Below, one piece after another: positions 56,561 to 64,000 of a stretch of DNA of 64,000 bases. This DNA comes from Octopus vulgaris. Taxonomy: Eukaryota. The stretch covers positions 26,784,001 through 26,848,000 of the forward strand of contig OX597826.1 in the NCBI GenBank assembly GCA_951406725.2, given 5' to 3'. The notes under the pieces are model-generated. The model was not told the origin of the DNA and searched no databases. It was given only the letters and a program-made list of their open reading frames with translations. The position numbers were made by a program, and so were the translations under genes. Positions within the stretch are counted from its first letter, which is position 1; every line of letters starts with the position of its first letter.

Positions 56561-58024
56561 AGCTCAGTACAGACGTAGATAAATTAAATATAAAAAACAA
56601 AAAGCCATAGATATGTCTGCTATACATGAATATGTGGAAAAATACATACATACATATATATATATATATACATACCCACTTGTATATATACTTAGCCATG
56701 CGAGCATTAATATATAAATGTACGAATCTCTAAAATGTATTAATAAGCACCATATATATTTGTGTAGATGTAAATATTGGTTTAAACATACGAATTTCTA
56801 CGTAAGGAAACGCATGAATATTTATATATAGAGAGAGATAGATAGAGAGAGAGGGAGAGACAGATAGATAGATAGACTGATAGACAGGTAAATATAGTAC
56901 AGCTATATTATGTATATATATATATAGATATTTATATATATATGTATGTATGTGTATATATATATACATACATATATATATCAATCTATCTATCTATATA
57001 TATATATAGTACATATATATACATACATATATATGAATGCTTATGTATATACATGTATATGCATGTATATAACTATATTTATACATGTACATATAGTTAT
57101 ATACATACATATACATATGCATATGTATATGCATATATATGTGCATATACATCTGTGGATCTACATATATATACATGCATATGTATATATAAATATATAT
57201 ATATAAATATGTATATGTCTCTCTCTCTCTATATATATATGCATACGCATATGTATATGTTTATATGAATATATAGATATACACTATTTATATGTATACA
57301 TATGCTATATACACATACATATATACCTGTATTTCTATGTATATACATAGAAGTGTTTGGTAAAATATATAGAGAAAAACTAGGAAAATGTGAAGGGATC
57401 TTTTAGAAAGGATAAAACAATTTTCCTAAAGAAATACTGAAAGCGGAAAGAAAAAAAGTGTTACAGAACCAACTCTGAACACATATATATAACACATACA
57501 TTTACCGTAACATTCACATACACATCTTTTCCCATCTCCTACCTTAGTGGTACATATAATGTATTATCACTACATTCGTTAATAAGTTCAATATATACAT
57601 ATATATGCATTTATACACATTTACGCATGCACACGTGAAGAAAATAATAAGTCGAGAGTATGTTTGACCTGAAGTGAAAAGACACTTAGGCGTCATTTGT
57701 CACTGTAATGGCTAATGGCGAATTTCAACGCAGTCGTTTCTGTGGTTGTCACCGTTTCTCTGAAGTAGAATTTGCGACTAAAGATGGCCGCATCAAACCT
57801 AATCCCCTCAACGTCTACTTAATTCAGCCATAACTCAACAAGAAGCTTTACAATCTTGACACCGATTTCTTCCTCGAAAATTTGTTTTATATTTTTTCTT
57901 GTTGAATGGCTTGGCAAAAAATCAAAAATCAAACAAAAACATAAAGGTAAATCAAAAAAATAAAAGATAATAAAAATAAAGACAATAAATCTAAAATGAA
58001 TAAGAAATGTTTGATGACTCTCAC

Positions 58025-58058
58025 CTGCAATATCTTCAATATTCTTCAACGTCAAATG
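58025..58058 (-). other. Candidate 34-nt micro-exon
   Basis: Minus strand reads cttttttcttttAG | catttg...ttgcag | GTGAGA; one open frame HLTLKNIEDIA. Confidence 0.35.
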
Positions 58059-59829
58059 CTAAAAGAAAAAAAGGGATATTATAAAATTACAAAAACACTA
58101 CTTCCGTTCCTATATTTATTGTTTTACTCGTCATGAATCTGACAGTAATTCTGCATGATGTTTCCATAGTGATGTTTGTTTAACAATGCTACGTGTTGTC
58201 CTATGTATGTGCATCATCTTCTTCGAAAGACCCAGTTCGCCCTTGTTACGGTATATATAGTTATTGCTTATATTGTTTAACTGTACTTCTCCTCATCCCC
58301 AACCAGTTCTTTTGTTATCCAGTATAATACATCGAGGACCGCATTATCTGTCATGTCCTACATTTTTTCGAAAAAGTTATGATATTATTTAAGGAATATT
58401 TAGCAGTTATCCTCTAACGATCATGAATCAATATATGGACTTCGAGATAATGCTGTAGTTCTCAATATTGTTTTTGCATACGGACGCTTCTGATTCATAT
58501 CTTATTCTACTGGGTCCTTATAGCTATTCCTTAAAAAAATCCCACCTATTATTAAATATCACCTATACTTAAATAAAAAAAAACACCTATACTTAAATAG
58601 CATTAAGAATTGTTAAGATATTTTGTGTATAACTGAAGTATAACCAATTTGATGAGAATTATTTTAAAAATCAAAAAATCTTATATGCAGCCCCAAAGGT
58701 CATAATGACACCGGTTGAGAGCCACTGAGCTAATGGCTTTGAGATGTTATTCAGGTGATACATGAATATGAAGACGCATACATTTGATAAGAACTGTCCC
58801 AGTTAATTACTGGTATATATTTTATCAAGTTGGGATGGATGAAAGACAAAAGACTGAAGGTAAAAATATACAACTAAAAACTCTAAAGTATTCGTTTTTA
58901 ACGTCTGAATTCGAAGTAGATTAAGCAGTATTAATAGCTTCTATATTATGTGTTAAAACCTCTTTGGATAGAAGAATTCGAATGCTGCCTATAGGACTAC
59001 AACACATATCTCCAGTAAGCATGACAGACGTTCTGCCATTAAAGCAAATCAATCCTTTGAATTTCTTTATCTATTTTATAAACTCAGCGAGAATTGAAAG
59101 TTGTTAAGATCGTAGCCTAAAGACTGAAACATGCAAAAGAACATTTTCTGTCGTTTCAAATTAAATACAAGAGCATTTACACAAAAATCCACGGAAATAA
59201 CAGTTAAACTATGTGTGTATCTAAGTTTCTTTTTTTATATTTACCGACCAAATTATTTTTCTTAATATTCTTATCTAATTATTTTTATCTAAATTTCGCG
59301 ATTACATCCACCCCAGTGATTAACTGGCATTTATTTTATAGACCATTTAAGGGATAAAAGGTAAAGGCGACATCGACATAATTTGAACTCATATCGTAAA
59401 GACGGACAAAATGCTGCTAACAATTTTGCCCGGAGTGCTAACGATTTTGCCTTATTATCTCCGCCATAGCGAAGGCTGAGGTATTGTTTTACAGTCGCAT
59501 TTATTTGTCCGGGGACAGGATATCTCAAGAACTGCTGGATGGATTCAAAGGAAACTTTCAGGGATGTTTGGCCTCGTAAATGGCACGAACTGATTGGATT
59601 TTGAGATCGATCCGCTATAGGACAAGGATTCTGGATTATTTTTTCGTTTATGTTTTTTAACATAATTTTTGACGGATTCATTTTTAGTATTCTCGTTTGT
59701 GAGAGCAGTCGAGTTTATTTCAGATATTCTCATTTAAAAAATCACCTCTGGCTAATCGTTGAGATGACGTTGGTGTTTCCTTGGAGGAAGTTTGCACTCT
59801 CTGAGTGCTCTTGTTATTTTATATGTTTA

Positions 59830-59990
59830 TAAATTTTGGCATAAGGCCAGCAAGTTCAGAGCAGTGGGTAAACCGATTATATTGACCCCAGTGCTTGACT
59901 GATACTTATTTTATCGATCCCGAATGGATAAACGGCAAAGACGGCCTCGGCGAAATTTGAACACAGGACGTAAAGACGGATGAAATTCCA
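59830..59990 (-). mobile_element. SINE family B fragment (another at about 59300-59450)
   Basis: gaccccagtgcttgactgatacttattttatcgatcccgaatggataaacggcaaag...cctcggcgaaatttgaac. Confidence 0.7.
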
Positions 59991-60070
59991 AAATTAGAAT
60001 TTAAATTTAATATTAAAATGTAAACGTGCCAGTTGAATTAACCCTTAAAGTAAATCCGTTTTAGTTTATT

Positions 60071-60173
<103 letters not shown>

Positions 60174-60214
60174 TAAGAAAGTTGGTATGTGAAAGCACTT
60201 GGTTGAATATATAG

Positions 60215-60950
<736 letters not shown>

Positions 60951-60970
60951 GTATATATATATATATATAA

Positions 60971-61066
<96 letters not shown>

Positions 61067-61499
61067 TCTGTTATTTTCTTTCTCTCACTCTCTTACTCGA
61101 TTTCTCTCTCTCTCTCTCCCTCACTCTAAGATGCATAACTTGGCTGGAGAAATTAACCACTCAACCAAAGCAAAAGGAAAAAATAATAAACCAGCCAACC
61201 AACGCTTCTATATATCAGTAATTATTCTATAGAAATTATTTTGTAGCGAACTATTTCTTCAGTAATCTTTCCAATGTAATTTGGTATTGCACTCATTAGA
61301 AAATACTGCTACAGTTCAGCCGGCTTCTGGTTTTGATAAACAAGGCGAAAATGTCTGTCAAAATACATTACACTAGTAATTTTTTACTAATGGCATTTCT
61401 CTACGTATACGATGCAAAATATTTCCCGTTTAGCACATATAAAACAAGTTTAATATTTCGCACGGCTACAGGTGATAGCGAACGTACCAAATCCTCACA

Positions 61500-62298
61500 T
61501 CTATATATATAAAACTCAACTTGTGTATCTGTGTGTGTGTGTCTGTGTGTTTAACTTCCCGGCACATCTCCTCCTAGCCAACAAATCGTAGAATCACCAA
61601 AAATGGGTCAGTTAAAGTTTAGGCGAATGAAAATTGAACTGCGCTATTTCTATTCCGAAATTCATCTCGCAAGTGCAAAAATCGATAATATGTTTGTTTA
61701 GGCCTTATCCCATTCATTGAATAGTCAGCTGTTTTACGTGAACTGTGTTCACCACGCGTGCAAGCATGCGTAAATTGCATGAAAAATAAAAAATCAAGAT
61801 ATAAAAACGAATCGCCGTAAACATTGTAGAAATTCGGCAAAGAAATGAATTTTCGAGATGTAACATGGAAGGTTTTTTCGTATTAATCGTTTTGACTTTG
61901 TAAACACATACCAATTGTTTTCATAACATTTTTAACGCTGTGAATTAAATGTGACCATTTTGCGTTGAGTCTGCAGTTTGAATCACTTTAACCAAATTTT
62001 AGCAGGCCGGATTTTGATCATCACGATACATCGCCAACGGCTCCCTGAAACTCTCCCCTGAAATCCCCGTTGAAAAATACTGATCTAAAAGTATAATTCA
62101 ACAATGCAATTATTTGATCAACAAAAATTTATGAAACGTTTCTACGTACTTCCTATTGGGGAAATGAAACAAATAGAGGGCATTAAATGCTTGATTTTAA
62201 AACCAAAATAATTTAATTTTAATTGAACTTCACCCAAGTTTAGCTTAATTCACGCGTGCCTAGAACGTACGAGCGCACGAGCCGGGCAATACTGCTAG
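61500..62298 (+). mobile_element. Non-autonomous Helitron
   Basis: A|TCtatatatataaaa 5' end; GC-rich degenerate subterminal hairpin, then CTAG|T 3' end; no TSD. Confidence 0.7.
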
Positions 62299-62401
62299 TA
62301 TTCATATATAATTTATGTTGACCTGTCCTGCGTTAGTAAAAACAAATTTTACAGTAAACTTCGTATGTAAACGAAACACCTTCAATGCTGTGATGATGTT
62401 C

Positions 62402-62463
<62 letters not shown>

Positions 62464-62559
62464 ATACATGTATATACTTTTATAATTTGTACATATATAT
62501 ATACATAGATATATAATTATGTGAGTATATGCAGGTAACTATCTATCTATATATATATA

Positions 62560-62920
62560 TAAATGAGGGAGGCACTAATTAATACCAAGTGGTTATATTT
62601 ATCACCATTTGAACGTGGAGGTTCTATTCGAACAAACGTTAAAGCCATAGATAATATAAGATAATATATATAGAATATTGGTGCAAAAGGCACTCTAGTT
62701 TACATCGCTAACAGGAAGATAAAGACACCCTAAAACTCCAGAGTCGAGAACACCAGGTCACATGGTTTCGACCTTCCTTTGTCTCATCGGTGACAGACGC
62801 TTGACTGCCAGAGATAACAGTTCCTCTCATAGTGTCTACTTCAGTAAACTTTCGTCTAACGGAACATCCAGGTTTATGTGAGGATAATATTACTTCCTCC
62901 CTCATTCTCTGTATATACAT
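62560..62920 (-). mobile_element. Penelope-like terminal unit with decayed hammerhead (62757-62794)
   Basis: Reverse complement gtca-CCGATGA-gac aaaggaag gtc-GAAA-ccatg-tgac (U4>C, cleavage triplet missing); terminus attaataccaagtgg resembles those at 18700 and 55060; (TA)n flanks. Confidence 0.5.
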
Positions 62921-63130
62921 ACATACACGTGTATATATATATATATATATATATATCGTGAAAAAGGGCAAATGAGACGTAGATAAAAATTAAACATTCC
63001 ATGAAAAAGATCTAAATATGTGTACTTGAGATATGATTGAATGAATATAAAGATGTTTGTGCGTAAATGTACGTGTGTATGTGTATGTATATATACGCAT
63101 ATTTATACGCACATTTTTACACATATTTAC

Positions 63131-63161
<31 letters not shown>

Positions 63162-63265
63162 AACACAAACCCTTGGCATATACGTGTATGTTAGTTTGGA
63201 TATATAATATAATATGCATGATAGACAAATTGATAGATAGATTAATAGGCAGATAGATAGATAAG

Positions 63266-63335
<70 letters not shown>

Positions 63336-63950
63336 CATACATACATACATACATACATACATACATACATACGCATACTTACATACACGCATACATACAT
63401 AGACACGGATATAAATATAGGTCTTGTAAGCATCTCAGAAATTCATGAATATATATTTGCGTGTACCTCTTTCCGCACGATTTTATCTATAATTTTGTCC
63501 ATCAATCTATCCATCCGTCCATACATCATTCTTTCTTCATCTCTTTAGCCCATCAGGGCATTTCTTTTTTTGATGATGTTCAAAGGAAGAGAAGATCAAT
63601 AAGTATTGTCGGTTTGATCATATTACGCACTGATATCTGTGTAAGATATATCTACACTTACGTGAATATGTGAGTGTGATTATTTGCGATTATAGCTGAT
63701 GAAGATGTGTTTGTACGAAACTGGCTAAATATATTTATATGTGTGTGCATGGATGTGTGCGCGCGCGCGGTTATATGGGTGTGTTTGTGTTTGTATATAT
63801 GTATATATATGTATGTGTATATATATCTGTATGTATATATATATATATCTATATACATACAGATATAAATGTATGTATATATTATATATATATACATATG
63901 TAAATATATATATATATATGCATATACATATATATCTATATACACACATA

Positions 63951-64000
<50 letters not shown>

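Noticed and set aside
63693-63728. CTGATGA...GAAActgg hammerhead-like motif
   Set aside because: Stem II does not pair and there is no valid NUH; at best a heavily decayed relic

Overview
AT-rich, microsatellite-saturated eukaryotic genomic DNA. The repeat complement resembles coleoid cephalopod (Octopus-like) DNA; this is my inference from recognised SINE/LINE types, not a database result. There is no intact host protein-coding gene, and nearly all ORFs in the track are translations of simple repeats. Recognisable content: (1) many tRNA-derived SINE copies from at least three families; (2) a rearranged RTE-clade LINE (26460-30150) with APE endonuclease, partial RT and C-terminal C2H2 fingers; (3) remnants of RLE-type non-LTR elements, an internally deleted Tc1/mariner and non-autonomous Helitrons; (4) several candidate minus-strand non-coding exons. 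The main hidden signal is about a dozen type I hammerhead-ribozyme motifs, several with intact cores. They lie in small Penelope-like, retrozyme-like units (about 440-530 nt period) next to (TA)n tracts. Many have palindromic stem III, long structured loop II insertions and a recurrent U·U or A·A pair at the base of stem II, and some inversion breakpoints fall at the predicted cleavage site. All folds and coordinates were read by eye.
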